From assembly GCF_030684315.1 (NCBI RefSeq), contig NC_081391.1:19986629-20050628 (forward strand): a DNA stretch of 64,000 bases. Direction: 5' to 3'. Below the pieces are notes generated by a model, which did no database searches, was not told where the DNA came from, and was given only the letters and a program-made list of their open reading frames with translations. Positions 29,009 through 44,150 of this stretch are shown piece by piece; position 1 is the first letter of the stretch; every line of letters begins with the position of its first letter. The position numbers and the translations under genes were made by a program. The DNA is from Stegostoma tigrinum. Its lineage: Eukaryota.

Positions 29009-31748
29009 CTTCACTACTCCTGCTCACTATCACCTCAACACCTCCAGAACTGAACTCCTTTCCTACGAACTCTTTTCTTAAGACTCCTGGGTCATCCTGC
29101 AATCAACCAGGGAATGACACCACCAATGATGACAGCCAATGAGGAATTGGCATGCATCCAGGCACCAATGAGGGGAATGGGGTGGAGTGAGATACTCAGA
29201 GCCAATCAGTTTTGAAATGGCAGCAAATCTGTGATTGGTCCCAGGAGCTGAAGGAAGCCTGAAGGTGACTGGGGGCCAAAAGCAATGTGTTGACTTTTAT
29301 CTTGCTTCTGGAATGGGGTCAGGCCACTCGGCCTAACAGCAATTATGAATGGATATCAGTGGTTGGCATCATTAGCAACAGCCATATTCTATGAAATGAC
29401 TGAAACAAAACTCACTCCAGGGCCAAAATCAGAGTAATATACTCCACATATAGTATATTCTGTACTGCATACAATATTGACATAGCCTGTACATTCTAGT
29501 CTTCTCCCTCCATCGAGATGATGACTAAACTGCTGTGAGCCTTTTCAGTTCAATTTTGCTGCAGACTGTGAGTTTTTAAGTCATTTCTACACATGGTTTC
29601 CTAACTCTGTGCTTTTCTTCAGTTCCTAGCTCTGTTGCTTTGAAAAAACTCTCATTTATCTTGGTGCAAGTTTGCTTTTCCTCACATGTTATTGATGTTG
29701 TTGATAATATTCTGCCTGTTTATGGTACTATCGTGCCAACTAATAGAATGCCATCAGGAAGCGTGAGAGAGATCTCTATTCTTTTGTCAATGTCACATGG
29801 AAATATATGGACGTCAGAGGACCCTGTGGGGAAGAGACAGAAACATCGAAACCTAGAACACAAGGGCAGGCGGAGGCCATTCAGCCGTTTGAGCCTGCTC
29901 CACCATTCTATATGATCATGGCTGATCCCAGCAAACCCAACAGTGTGTTCCTGCTTTCCCTCCATATCGTTCGATCCCTTTAGCCCCAAGCACTAGATCC
30001 AACAATTTGAAATCAATGCTTTGGTCTCAACTGTGTACCGTGGTTGCAGATTCCACAGGCTCTCCCACTGTCTTGGTGAAGAAATGTAATAGCCCATCCA
30101 TGACACCAGGTTACACACAAATTGCCGATCGACAGTCCGATACCGACCTGTTTCGGAGAGTCCACAGTCAGTGTGTATCAGTTTGCTGTTTGGGATGATA
30201 AGTATTTTGACTAAGTAACACATGCATTTCTGCATTGACTAGAGATTAATGAAGCTTAGGGCTTGACGAGTAAAGTTGCCAGCAGCAAGGAATCAGATGT
30301 CGCCCTGGCCAAAGATGTTTCACAGTTAGTGTCTGCGAAATGATTAGAACTTTTGGCAATCCTGGTGGGTTGATGCCAATTTTATATGTAAACACCTGAC
30401 TTACACACTGTCCCCCACGCCCTTGCAGAGTGAGCCTGAAGCAGATTTGTCCCAGACCCTGAATGCGGTAACAAGGTCCTTCCTGATCTGTTACTACTTA
30501 ACATTGCAGCTGACAGAGACAGATGGGGATCAAGAGCAGAGGAAACATTCAACTGTGTTCTGAAGCGTCACCGTACTTGAAATGCTTACTCGGTGTCTCT
30601 CTCTCTCTCTATGGATGCTAGTGGACTAGCTGAGTTTCTCCTATAACCTGTTTTGTCTCCAGGTTGTCAACATCCACAAATCTTCAGTCCCACTTGCAAC
30701 GCTTGGAAATGCCCGACAGATCCGAACAAAGACTGTAGTCACAAGCTAATGACATTATCATTAAATGGTGAATGCAGAAAGTCACCTATGAATTATACTG
30801 CAACTTTGCATTCATTTCAGCTACTTTGGAACTAGTCTAACGATGACCACAAAGCTGTTGTCGGAGAAAGCCCACCTTATCGACTCATGTCCTTGACCGA
30901 TAGAGTGAGGATATGGAGTTAGGCCAGTAAAAGGAAGCAGCTTGTATTCTACAAGAGAAACCCAGCACAAGAGAAACCTGGGTCCCCTCAGGCATGAATT
31001 GAGCAAAGCTCCGATTGAGATATTAAGCATTTCCCTTTGCTTTTATGACCAAAGGGATCAGAGTGTGGAGGCTGATACAGCGGCAAGAGTATCGCACACT
31101 GTGCCCCTAAGAATAATGTAATCCAAACTCTCCTGAGAGTAAGCTGGAATTTTTTAAAATGAAACAAAGGCACTCTTTCATCTCCCTCATTTAATCTCTT
31201 ACTTGCTAAGGTTTCAGAAGGATGTGCGTAGCTCTGATTGTTGAGCAAGACATGCAAGCAGATTGTCCAGTTAGAGCCTTGTGGCTCAAGTTAAGGGATA
31301 CCCTAGCCAGTTTATGGCAAAGGAGAGGTTTAACCTCCTGCGCAGGGTCATGCACTGGCATTCGTTAGGCTGGAATGCAGTGGCCCCTGAATGAAAAGAA
31401 AGCTGAACCAATTAAAGGAAGAGACAGATGTGCAGTCAGGTTTTCAGGAGCTGAGAAAAAGGCAGATGCACTAGTGGTGTGGAAGGAAAACCTGCAGGAT
31501 TGTATTAAATGGTAGACAGGAGTCAAGGAAGCTGATGGCCTACATTCAGACCCCTGCCTTGTACTTCACTGTAGCCACATCACGGGGGAGGGGTGGGGGG
31601 AAGGTAAATGTTTGATGATCAGTCTAGGAATTAGTTACACAGGAGAACGTAGTTGAGTGAATATTTTATTTCCACATGCAGCAATAGAGAAACCGATACA
31701 AATAATTCTGCTTTCATGTACAATAGTGAAGCAATTCCAAACTGCCAC

Positions 31749-33883
<2,135 letters not shown>

Positions 33884-33950
33884 CTTCACTATTCCTGCTC
33901 ACAGTCACAAGGACAACTCTAGCACTAAGCCTTTGGACCACAATCTCTGG

Positions 33951-34041
33951 TATTTATACTCCTGGGACATTCTACGCTCAACGAGGGAATGACATCACCA
34001 ATGATGACTGACATTCCCTGAAAGCCAATTAGGAATCTCCC
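33951..34041 (-). promoter_or_regulatory. Core promoter of copy F
   Basis: TATAAATA 33951-33958, TGACATCA-CCAAT, GGGAGATTCC 34032-34041; a GGCGGG GC box follows. Confidence 0.65.
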
Positions 34042-35280
34042 ATGAATTTCGCCCCGCCTCTGCCCTCCCACCAATTAGAGAGAGGGTGTGGGTGGATTCG
34101 GCAGAGCTGATCAGAGGTGCAGATTGTTGTCAAGTCTGGATGGTTATTCTGTGATTGGATCAGCAGTCGGTCATTTAGAATCTCCAATCTGCTGGAACTC
34201 TCTATCGGGTCATGGTTAGTTTGAACAAAAAACTAGATTTGGATTTGGAAAGCTTTTCTTTTTAAACTAAGCTTGTTGTGACCAACTGCAGGAGGTGCTC
34301 AATGAAGGAGAATCAGTTTCTGAGCATGTTCTGCTGGGATATAAGGGAGAAAGGTCGGAGATTGGTGGTAGTTCCTAGAAATTTGTAACAGAAACAAACA
34401 GGACAAAGACAGGAAGGATGTTTCTGATGACCAATGCGCCCAGAACCAAGGGTCACTGTCTAAGGATATAGAGTAGTCTGTTTGGGATTGAGATGAGGAG
34501 AAATGCCTTCAGCCAGACAGTGGGGAGTCTGTTGTATTCTGTGGGAAGGAAACAGTTGAGGCCAAAAGACTGAAGGTTTTGAAGAGTTAGATGTAGCTGA
34601 TAGGGCTATGGGGATCAAAGGGTATGGAGAGAGAGTGTGAAGATGGTACTGAGTTAAGGGATTACCCATCATCATATGGGATGCCAGAGCAGGCTGGAAA
34701 GGCTGTATCAAAATGGTTCATAATTTTGAACATTTCAATCAGGTCATCTTTTAATCTTCTCTGCTCCAAGGAGATAAGGCCAATTTTTAAAATCTTTCCT
34801 GGTATCATTCCAGCAAATCTCCTTTGCACCATGCCCAGGGCTTTAATGCCCTCCCTTAGAAACAGTGCCCAGAATTGAACACAATACTCTAATGCGGTCT
34901 GACCAATGGTGTGTAGTGGTGTAGCGTTACTTCTTTGCTTTTATACTCTCGGGCTCTCCTTAAAAACACAAGGTTCCTATAAGCCTTCTTCATGACTGTT
35001 TCATCTTGCCTGGCCACCTTCAGGGAATTGTAGTTTTAAATCCTGAGGGCTCTCTGCTCCTGCACTCACCTTGATGTTGTTCCATTGAACCTGTATTATC
35101 TCTTCATGTCTCCATGTTTCTTCGACCAAAATGCATTTCTTGCATTTTTTTGTGTTGAAATTATAAAGTGATTGCCAACATCAAATCTTACCCAATAAAA
35201 ATCAAATGATCCTAATTTTGAAGTCTTCAACTGACCTCCCCCCGCCCCCCCGCCCCGCCTGTGTTTGTGTGTCCACTATA

Positions 35281-36315
35281 TGATGCAAAGAGTAGTGATA
35301 AACGTGTCCCCTTCGGAATGGCAGGCAGTGACCAGTGGGGTACCACAAGGTTCGGTGCTGGGACCACAGCTGTTTACGATATATATTAATGATATAGACG
35401 AAGGCATTGAAAGTAGTATTAGCAAATTTGCTGATGACACAAAGTTGGGTGGCAGTGTGAAATGTGAGGAGGATGTTATGAGAATACCGGGTGACTTGAA
35501 CAGACGAGGTGAGTGGACGGATGCATGGCAGATGCAGTTTAATGTGGATAAATGTGTGGTTAGGTAAAGTTAGGTAAAGGGCAAGTACAACGAGATCTAG
35601 GTGTTCTTGTACATCAGTCAATGAAAGTAAGCATGCAGGTACAGCAGGCAATGAAGAAAGCTAATGGCATGCTTGCCTTCATAACAAGAGGAATTGAGTA
35701 TAGGAGCAAAGAGGTCTTTTTGCAGCTGTACAGGGCCCTGGTGAGACCGCACCTGGAGTATTGTGTGCAGTTTTGGTCTCCAAATTTGAGGAAGGATGTT
35801 CTTGCTATTGAGGGAGTGCAGCGTAGGTTCACAAGGGCAATTCCCAGAATGGCCGGACTATCATATGTTAAAAGATTGGAGCGACTGGGCTTGTATACAC
35901 TTGAGTTTAGAAGGCTGAGAGGGGATCTGATTGAGGCAGATAAGATTCCTAAGGGATTGGACACTCTGGAGGCAGGAAGCATGTTTCCGCTGATGGGTGA
36001 GTCCAGAACCAGAGGACACAGTTTAAACATAAGGGGTAGGCCATTTAGAACAGAGTTGAGGAAAAATGTCTTCACCCAGAGAGTGGTGGATATATGGAAT
36101 GCTCTTCCCCAGGAGGCAGTGGAGGCCAACTCTCTGGATACTTTCAAGAAAGAGATGGATAGAGCTCTTAAAGGTAGTGGGATCAAGGGATATGGGGATA
36201 AGGCTGGAACAGGATACTGATTGTGGATGATCAGCCATGATCGTAATGAATGGTGGTGCTGGCTCGAAGGGCCGAATGGCCTACTCCAGCACCTATTGTC
36301 TATTGTCTACTGTCT
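35281..36315 (+). mobile_element. Relatively young 5'-truncated CR1/HER1-like LINE
   Basis: WQAVTSGVPQGSVLGPQLFTIYINDIDEGIESSISKFADDTKLGG RT motifs, 199-aa C-terminal ORF 35621-36220, (ctattgt)n tail; absent at the paralogous site near 56265. Confidence 0.92.
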
Positions 36316-37269
36316 GTCCCTTCTGTGAAGAGGCTGTTTCTGACATTATCCTGGACAGTTTAGCTCTAATTTGAAGATTCTATTTCCATTCCATACGCTC
36401 AGTCCTAGAAGACCCATTGAGAAGAAACAATTCCTCTCAATCTACCCTGTCAAATCCACTAATGCTCTTAAAACTTCCAATTACCGCCGTCTCTTAACCT
36501 TCCATACTGAGGGACTCAGGCAAGCTGCCATCATCATTTAACCAGCTCTTTATCTCTGAGTTGATTCTGGAAATTCTCTGCTGCACCATCTTTAGGCCCA
36601 ATCTGCCAAAAATGAGATCTCCAGAGGTGGTTGAACCAGAACTTGACAATTTCATAAAGAACCTCCACCCAGAGGTGTTCAAATCCCTTTTGAGATCAGG
36701 ACTGACATTGAATTAATTTCTTTGTTCAGTGTTTTTATATCTCGTCTCTAGTTTCAAAACATTTCTGTCCACTTGTCTCAGTTTCATTTTGATCATTAGC
36801 TTTGACAACCCAGCAGAAGATGTCCCCATTTCTAAAACACTCTGACTCATCTTTCTTGGTCAGAAGTGGATAACTTCACACTTCCCCTTATTGAACTGTA
36901 TCAGCCAGTCTTCCCAACTCCATGGAAGTTTGAAACATTCTACTGTCATGTTCAAGTGCCACTTGATGTAATGCCATCAGCAAATATTTGAATTGTGGCT
37001 GTCCATTTCTTCATCTCGAACATTTATAATCCAAGGAAAAGTTAAGGCCCCAGTTTCTCTCCTTGGGGAAAGTAATCTCATCTTGCTTTTTCTTTTATTA
37101 CCTCATGGGATGAAGGTGTTGTTGGCTGGCCCAGCATTTATTGCACTTCCCTAATTATTATTGTCTTCTTGAATTGCTGTTGTCCATTTTGTGAGGGGAG
37201 ATCCATAATGCCATTTTGGACAGAATTCCAGGATTCAGATGGTATGACTGTAGATTGAGTTTTGCCTCA

Positions 37270-37478
37270 TGAGCTTCATTGCGTATTTTGAAGAAGTGAT
37301 GAAGAGCAATGATGAGGGCAGAGTGGTGGGCGTGATCTCCATGGACTGCAATGAAGCGTTTGACAATGTTGCTCATAGTAAGCTGTTTAGCAAAGTGAGA
37401 TCACATGGAATCCATGGAGAATTATCCATTTGGATACAGAAATGGCTCAAAGGTGGAAGGCAAAGGGTGCTGGTAGAG
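37270..37478 (+). mobile_element. CR1-like RT fragment (paralog 57220-57428)
   Basis: FEEVMKSNDEGRVVGVISMDCNEAFDNVAHSKLFSKVRSHGI, a decayed DF.KAFD.V.H motif. Confidence 0.75.
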
Positions 37479-38150
37479 GCAACAAAGTGTGGAGCTGGAG
37501 GAACACAGCAGCCCAGGCAGCATCAGAGGAGCAGGAAAGCTGTTGTTTCGGGTTGAGACCCTTCAGAAATCGCGAGGGGGTGGGGGAGGGGAAGCTCTGA
37601 AATAAAGAGGAAGGGTGGGACTGGGAAGGTAGGTGGGATGGTGATGGGTAAGTACAGGTAGGGAGTGGTCAGTGAGGTGGGAGAGAAGATGAACATGAAC
37701 AGGTCAAGGAGGTGGGGATTGGTCATGGGATGAGGAGATTTTGAAGTTAATAAGGTTCACATTTAGTGTCTTGGGCTGTAAGCTCCCAAGGCAGAATGAG
37801 GTGCTACTCCTCCAGTTTGAGGATGACATTGGCGTGATACTGGAGGATGCCCAAGATGGACAGGTCAGCCATGGAGTGGGAGGCGGGGGGGGGGGGATGG
37901 TAAAACGTTTTGTGATTGGAAAATGTTGTTTTTCGTTGCACATTGAGCGCAGATGCTCTAGAGAAACTGTTTCCCTCATCTAGCGGCGGCCACATCGGGT
38001 GCAGCCGATACAATAGACCAACTTCAAACATGTGCAGGTTATCCCCGTCTGATGTTGAAGGTTTGTTTGTTTTTTTATTTTGAATGGAGACACGGCGGGG
38101 GTGGGGGTTGCGGGAGGTGGTGCTAAGGTGTAGCTTTTCCGACAGTTGAA
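37479..38150 (-). mobile_element. Older Penelope-like element fragment (paralog about 57430-58090)
   Basis: Minus translation TCTCLKLVYCIGCTRC resembles the GIY-YIG region; tail resembles the other PLE tails. Confidence 0.7.
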
Positions 38151-38557
38151 GGGAACAGGGCTGGGGTTAATGGGGAGTTCAGAGTGGATGAGGGAGTGGC
38201 AAGGATACAGGTGTAGCGGTACTGGGGTCCCCATAGTGAGAGGGGCCATGGGTGCCCTTACAAGCCTAAGCTATGCCTGCTTCTGTCAGATATGTGGAAC
38301 AGTCCCTCTTGTGCTGCCAGACTGGCACTATCCCCTACCTCTTCCTTACTCATAGATTGACAGTAAATAGCCAGCGACATTGCTGTGTGGGTGGTGAGTC
38401 AGCTGTCGGCCAACTGCAAACCTTCCCTGAAAGGGTGAGAAAAGTTTAGAACTGCTGAGTGTTGGCCTTTCAGCAAATTAAGCGAAATGTCTCTTCTCTC
38501 TTCCACTCTTTCCCCCTCCTTTCGATCTCCTCTCTCCCTGCCTCCACCCCCTGCCCA

Positions 38558-38627
38558 AAGCCTGGATGCAATGCAGGGAACTCTGCAGAGAGAGAAGAAG
38601 GTGAACCAGAGTCTACAGGATCTCCAT
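38558..38627 (+). pseudogene. Inverted orphan ferritin exon-3 fragment
   Basis: Plus strand reads LDAMQGTLQREKKVNQSLQDLH versus [22 protein letters not shown]. Confidence 0.8.
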
Positions 38628-39517
38628 GTCTGCAAATGTAGCTTTAATTGCACCCGCTGTCCTCAGCAGTTGATTGCTGGAGCAAGAACAGGAACTATGC
38701 CACATTTGTCCCACAAGCTACAAGGTGGGCATTGAGGATAGGAGACACTGTTACAGGAGAGAGCAGATTCCTCACTCAGTCTCCTACAGTGGAGAGTTGT
38801 TAGAAAATCCAATTCCTTAGCTTGGGAAACTAGAACAGTGGTGTATTGCTTGTTCAAAGAAGCATGGAAAAACATGTAATGCACATGCCAGATGCTATTG
38901 CTGTTCCTTTTTTATTAAAAAAGTATTTTTTTAATGCTTGGATTCTGCTAATCAAGTTAAGTGAAGGTTACTAGCAAAACTGAGGTCCGGCAGCACCTGT
39001 GGGTAGACTTCAGTTGAGGAGTCATCAGACTCAAACATTAACCGGTGGATGAACAAATGCAGAGTTGCACCTGCCCCACTGACTCTAGCCGTTTGTATTG
39101 TGTTTGATCCCAGCTTTTAGGAAAGTTGGAGCATTGCTAGGGACAGGGCACCAGTTAAGTGACTAACAGTTAGAATGGAGCAATTTTGGCGAAGCTATTG
39201 ACTGGAGCCTGCTCTTACAGAACTGTCACCGTGAGCACTGCTTAAAAGCCAAAAGCTTAACAGTTTGATTTCCACAACAGTTACTCATTTAAAAAATTCT
39301 TATGACTCAGGACTCAGAAACTGAACAAAAATTGCCAGAGCAAGCATTGATTCAACGCAGAGAGCAAAAAGCCAAAGCGATTTAATAATCAGGTAAAAAG
39401 CAGCCAAATAAGTGTAGTCAGATACATGGGCAATGTTTTCATTTTGTGCAGAGTGTGCAAAAAAAAGTCATGCACTCGAACACCAGTGTACAACAAATGG
39501 AGTTGTTGAATCCCCAT

Positions 39518-41276
39518 TCAGCTCAGGGTGAGCCTGTCAAACAGATACTCTCCTTTGCCCTTCTGAGGGGCTCCCAGTCTCTTCAGGTTGGTGATGTGAT
39601 CTCCCAGCTTCTTGATCATCTTCACTTGCTCATCCAAGTAGTGCCTCTCCAGGAAGTCACAGCTGGAAGAACAGACAAGTTAGTTGAGTCCATTGAAGAC
39701 ATTTGGAAGTGACCCTCAATTCAGATCTAACAAATCAATACCATGTTGAGGGAGAGGGGCACTCTGGTGATTCATTTGGACTGTTGTAGATTTGACAGTC
39801 TGCAGGAGGCAGTTATGAGACATTTGTATTCCCCCTCCCCCCAGGAGTAGACAAACAGATCACTTTCAGGTTGGAAACATTCATCTTTCCTGTAATTTGA
39901 AAATCATCCTGGTAGTTTGTTGCTCTAAAGGCCATCAGCCCGACATGCTGAATTTAGCAGTGAAAGGCAAGGAAGCTTCTTGGAGAGAAAGTGAGGAACT
40001 CACATGAGGGTCTGTGTGGCCAGAGGAGAGATTGTGCAGATCCAGCAGACTCTGGTTCACATCCTTCTCCTTCTGCAGAGCTCCCTGCCTTGCCTCCAGG
40101 CCATTGCCATGGTCAGGCTTCTGAAGCGGCAGCGTGGGGGTGGATGGTAAGAGACAAGACACATCACTTAAAACGCAAGAAACCAGTGAAAAAAGCAACA
40201 AGACCTCCATCTCATTAGGAGAGTGTACAACAGCTAAGAGATTATATCCAAAGCATTAAAATGCTATAATATTCAGAGCTTAAAACAGCCTTCTTCAGGA
40301 CAAAATGACATTTCATTAAACCCAATCTTCATGTCCTACTAGAGGAGCATGCACCCACATTCTGGAATGCCATCAGTTTCTCAGCTGTTCCCATTCCTTC
40401 GAGGAACAGTGCCATGAGAACTCAAAGTGACACAGGACAACATCTTCCCAGTCAAAAGTGAAAGGATTGTAAACAGGGAAACCCATTGGGGTTTGTTGTT
40501 AAAGATCCTTCTCTACTTGAAATGCTTCTTCAGTCAGGCCTGCAGGTTCTGGAAGGGAAAGCCTCCCTTGTAAATCACAACAAAAACCACACCATAATAG
40601 ATTGAGGTGTAGTTTCTTGCCTTGTGAAGCAGGAGGGAAGGGAAAGGATCATCTTCCTACAAGTTGGGTCTTGAATATTTCATACTTGACACAAAATATT
40701 ACGCATTAAAATAAAACCTCATCATTCCAAAAGGCCATATGGGTAGGGAAAATGGCTCAGCTTCAGCAAGGAAACCTTCCAACACAGAACAGGATTCTCA
40801 GCTCTGGAGTGAACTTGCAGAGTTTATTAGTGAAGTATTGAGAGCAAATAGAACTCAGGATTGTGATAGTGTTCCTCCCTCTGGGATGGAGGTCCAGGGT
40901 CGCATACGCTCTAGAAGTCAGACATATTAACTCTAGACTGATTAACACTATTCAATAGAATAAATCCAATTACATTGTACAGAAAAACACCCACAGACTT
41001 CCCAGGTCATACATCAAGATCAAACCATTAAAAGATTATTCACTTCTCAAGGTCAGGGAAAGGCCACAGAAGATTCTAAAATATGAATTGAATGATGCAG
41101 AGAGACGCTACACCCACAATACATTGAGGCCACAGCTTGAAATCTGAAATAAATCCAGAGAACACCACTGTCACCATGGAGAGGTAAACATGGGAGAAAG
41201 AAAGCACCAGGGTGATCTGCTTGTTAACAACATCCTCACAGGCCTTGTGATGGTTCTGCCACACTTGGGAGGGCAT
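39518..41276 (-). pseudogene. Ferritin pseudogene copy G
   Basis: Exon 1 41175-41276 (E27V). Exon 2 about 40327-40466 with indels, 20-bp inversion and lost donor. Exon 3 40004-40120 (9-bp deletion). Exon 4 39518-39662 (2-bp deletion at its start). Confidence 0.92.
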
Positions 41277-42349
41277 CTTCACTATTGCTGCTCACAATCA
41301 CTTGAACAACTCTAGAACTAAGTCTCCCTACCACAAGCTCTTGTATTTATACTCCTGGAAAACATCCTTCACCCAACCAGGAAATGTCATCACTAACAAT
41401 GATTGGTTGTCAGAGATTGTCAATCAGGAATCTGCAAGAACCCAGGCACCAATGAACAAGGAGAGGGGGTGTGGGGCAATGTGCTGAGACCCAGAGTCAA
41501 TCAGAGATTTGGGCAACAGTCAGGTTGAGATTATTATTCTGTGATAATGAGAGCACTTAGCCTCTCAAGCCTGTTCCCCCATTCAACTGGATCAGTGCGA
41601 GTCTGTCTTTTCTTTGAATATCTTTGCCTGGGTTCTGCATCGCGTCATATTCTGAACTAACACAGCTCACCAAATCAGTTTTGAAATGTCCAAGGGGCTT
41701 GCAGAATGTTGGGAGTGATAATGTTATGTTTGAGATTAAGCATCATCACTGCTTACCATAGCTTTGATCTGAAGATTATTCCCCCTTTTCCAGGATTATT
41801 TCGCCACAGGAAACAGTACATTCTCTAACGGCATGATTAGATCCATTAGGAATCCAAAGTACCTGGATAATGTTCGTTCTCGAGTCTTCCACAATCTTTC
41901 AAGGACAAGGCTAGTTGATGTAAACTGTATTCATAATGTAACCAGCTTGGGGCTGAGAAAATGCTGGTGAATCTGTGCTAAGGTTCCTCAAATAACCCTG
42001 TCAGAACTCAGCACAGCGCTCCAAATGTGCTCTGATGCCACTTCTATGCTGTTGTAATACAACGCATGACGTTTTGTTGTCCAGCCGGCTTGGGGGAAAG
42101 TGAGCACGTTCTGGCCTTTTTAATTCGGCTTTCATATCTGCCCACTGCCACACGGTTATTGCGGTGCTGATGGCGACCATTCGGCCCATCGTATCCACCA
42201 CCAACTCGCTGAGCGTTTCACCTCTTGCCATTCTCCTGCACTGTCCCTGTAATCTCCATGTTATTCCCTTTCAGATATCAGTCCTATTCCCTTTTGAATG
42301 CGTGAATTGAACCTGCCTCCAACACACTCTCGGACTATACATTTCACAC

Positions 42350-42775
42350 CCTATCCACGCGCTGTGTTGGAAGGTTTTTATTTTCGCAGATCACTTCAGC
42401 TTCTTTTGCCAATTTCAAACCTGTGCCTTCTTGCTCCTGACCCTTTCACAAATGGGAACATCATGCCACTGTTTGTTCTTTCTGGATCCGTATTTGCGCC
42501 GTTTGCTTTCCAGAGAGACAAGTCCCAGCCTATCCAATATATCCTCACACCTGAAATTCCTCATTCCTGGAGCCATTCCAGGAAGCCTCCTCTGCACTCT
42601 CTCCAGTACGTCCACTCTTTCCTTCAGGTGTGATGTGCAGAACGAGACACAGTATTCCTGTTGGAGTCAAACTTAAGCAGGTTCAGCATAATCACCTTGC
42701 TCTTGTACACTTGCCCCTACTAATAAAGCTCAGGGCACTGTGAGCTTTGTAAACGATTCTCTTAAACAGTCCTCA
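42350..42775 (-). mobile_element. CR1-like LINE fragment interrupted by a Penelope-like element; resumes about 44160-44500 (paralog 62280-62705)
   Basis: DVLERVQRRLPGMAPGMRNFRCEDILDRLGLVSLESKR; continuation tttgaacttcatctgccac encodes WQMKF on minus. Confidence 0.75.
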
Positions 42776-44150
42776 GAGATAATGGGAACTGCAGGTGCTG
42801 GAGAATCTGAGATAACAAAGCGTTGAGCTGGATGAACACAGCAGGCCGAGCAGCATCTTAGGAGCACAAAAGATGACGTTTTGGGCCTAGACCGTTCATC
42901 AGAAAAGGGGGATGGGGAGGGAACTCTGAAATAAATAGGGAGAGGGGTAGGCGGACTGAAGAAGAATAGAGGAGAAGGTAGGTGGAGAGGAGAGTATGGG
43001 TGGGGAGGTAGGGAGGGGATAGGTCAGTCCGGGGAGGACGGACAGGTCAAAGGGGCCGGGTGAGGTTAAGAGGTAGGAAATGGAGGTGTGGCTTGAGGTG
43101 GGAGGAGGGTCTAGGTGAGAGGAAGAACAGGTTAGGGAGGCTGGGATGAGCTGGGCTGGTTTTGGGATGCAGTTGGGGAAGGGGAGATTTTGAAGCTGGT
43201 GAAATTCACATTGATACCATTGGGCTGCAGAGTTCCCAAGCGGAATATGAGTTGCTGTTCCTGCAACCTACGGGTGGCATCATTATGGCACTGCAGGAAG
43301 ACCAGGATGGACATGTTGTCTCAGGAACGGGAGGGGGAGTTGAAATGGTTCGCGACTGGGAGGTGCAGTTGTTTACTGCAAACTGAGCGTAGGTGTGCTG
43401 CAAAGTGGTCCCCAAACCTCTGCTGAGTTTCCCCAATGTAGAGGAAGCTATGCCGTGTACAGCAGATGCAGTATACCACATTGGCGGATGTGCAGGTGAA
43501 CATCTGTTTGATGTGGAAAGTCATCTTGGGGCCTGGGATGGGGGTGAGGGAGGAGGTGTGGGGGGCAGGTGTAGCACTTCCTGCGTTGTAGCGGAAAGTG
43601 CTGGGTGTGGTGGGGTTTGACGGGAATGTGGAATGGATGAGCGTGGAGCGGACAAGGGAGTCGCGGAGAGAGTGGTCTCTCTGAAGGCAGACAATGATGG
43701 GGATGGAAAAATGTCTTTGGAAGTGGAGTTGGATTGTAGATGGTAGAAGTGTCGGAGGATGATGATTTGTATCCAGAGGTTAGTGGGGTGGTATGTGAGG
43801 ACGAGGGGGAATCCTCTTGGGGAAGTTATTGTGAGGGTGGTGTGTGAGGAAATAATTGCAGGAAATGCGGGAGACACGATTGAGGACATTCTCGCTCAAA
43901 ACAAGGAGGAATTGGCAAGTGGCAGTCCTGGAAGAACGAAGACATTTGGGATGTGCAGGAGTGGAATGCCTCTCCTTGGAGCAGAGGCAAAGGAATTGGG
44001 AATAGGGGATGGAGTTTTTGCAGGAAGGTGGGTTGAAGGAGGTGTATTCCAGGTAGCTGGGGGAAGTCGGTGGGCTCGAAATGGACATTGGTTTGTCGGT
44101 GGTTGCCTGCGATGGAGACAGAAAGGTGAGGAATGTGTTGTAGGTGGTCC
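42776..44150 (-). mobile_element. Penelope-like element (GIY-YIG endonuclease region plus 3' tail)
   Basis: ORF 43321-43524 [36 protein letters not shown]; RRLQEQQLIFRLGTLQPNGIN. Confidence 0.88.

Larger units (their letters stand above)
33940..44100 (+). repeat. Segmental duplication, paired with about 54900-64000
   Basis: F upstream region, inverted exon-3 fragment, pseudogene G, CR1 and PLE are colinear with I upstream region, fragment, pseudogene J, CR1 and PLE. Confidence 0.92.
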
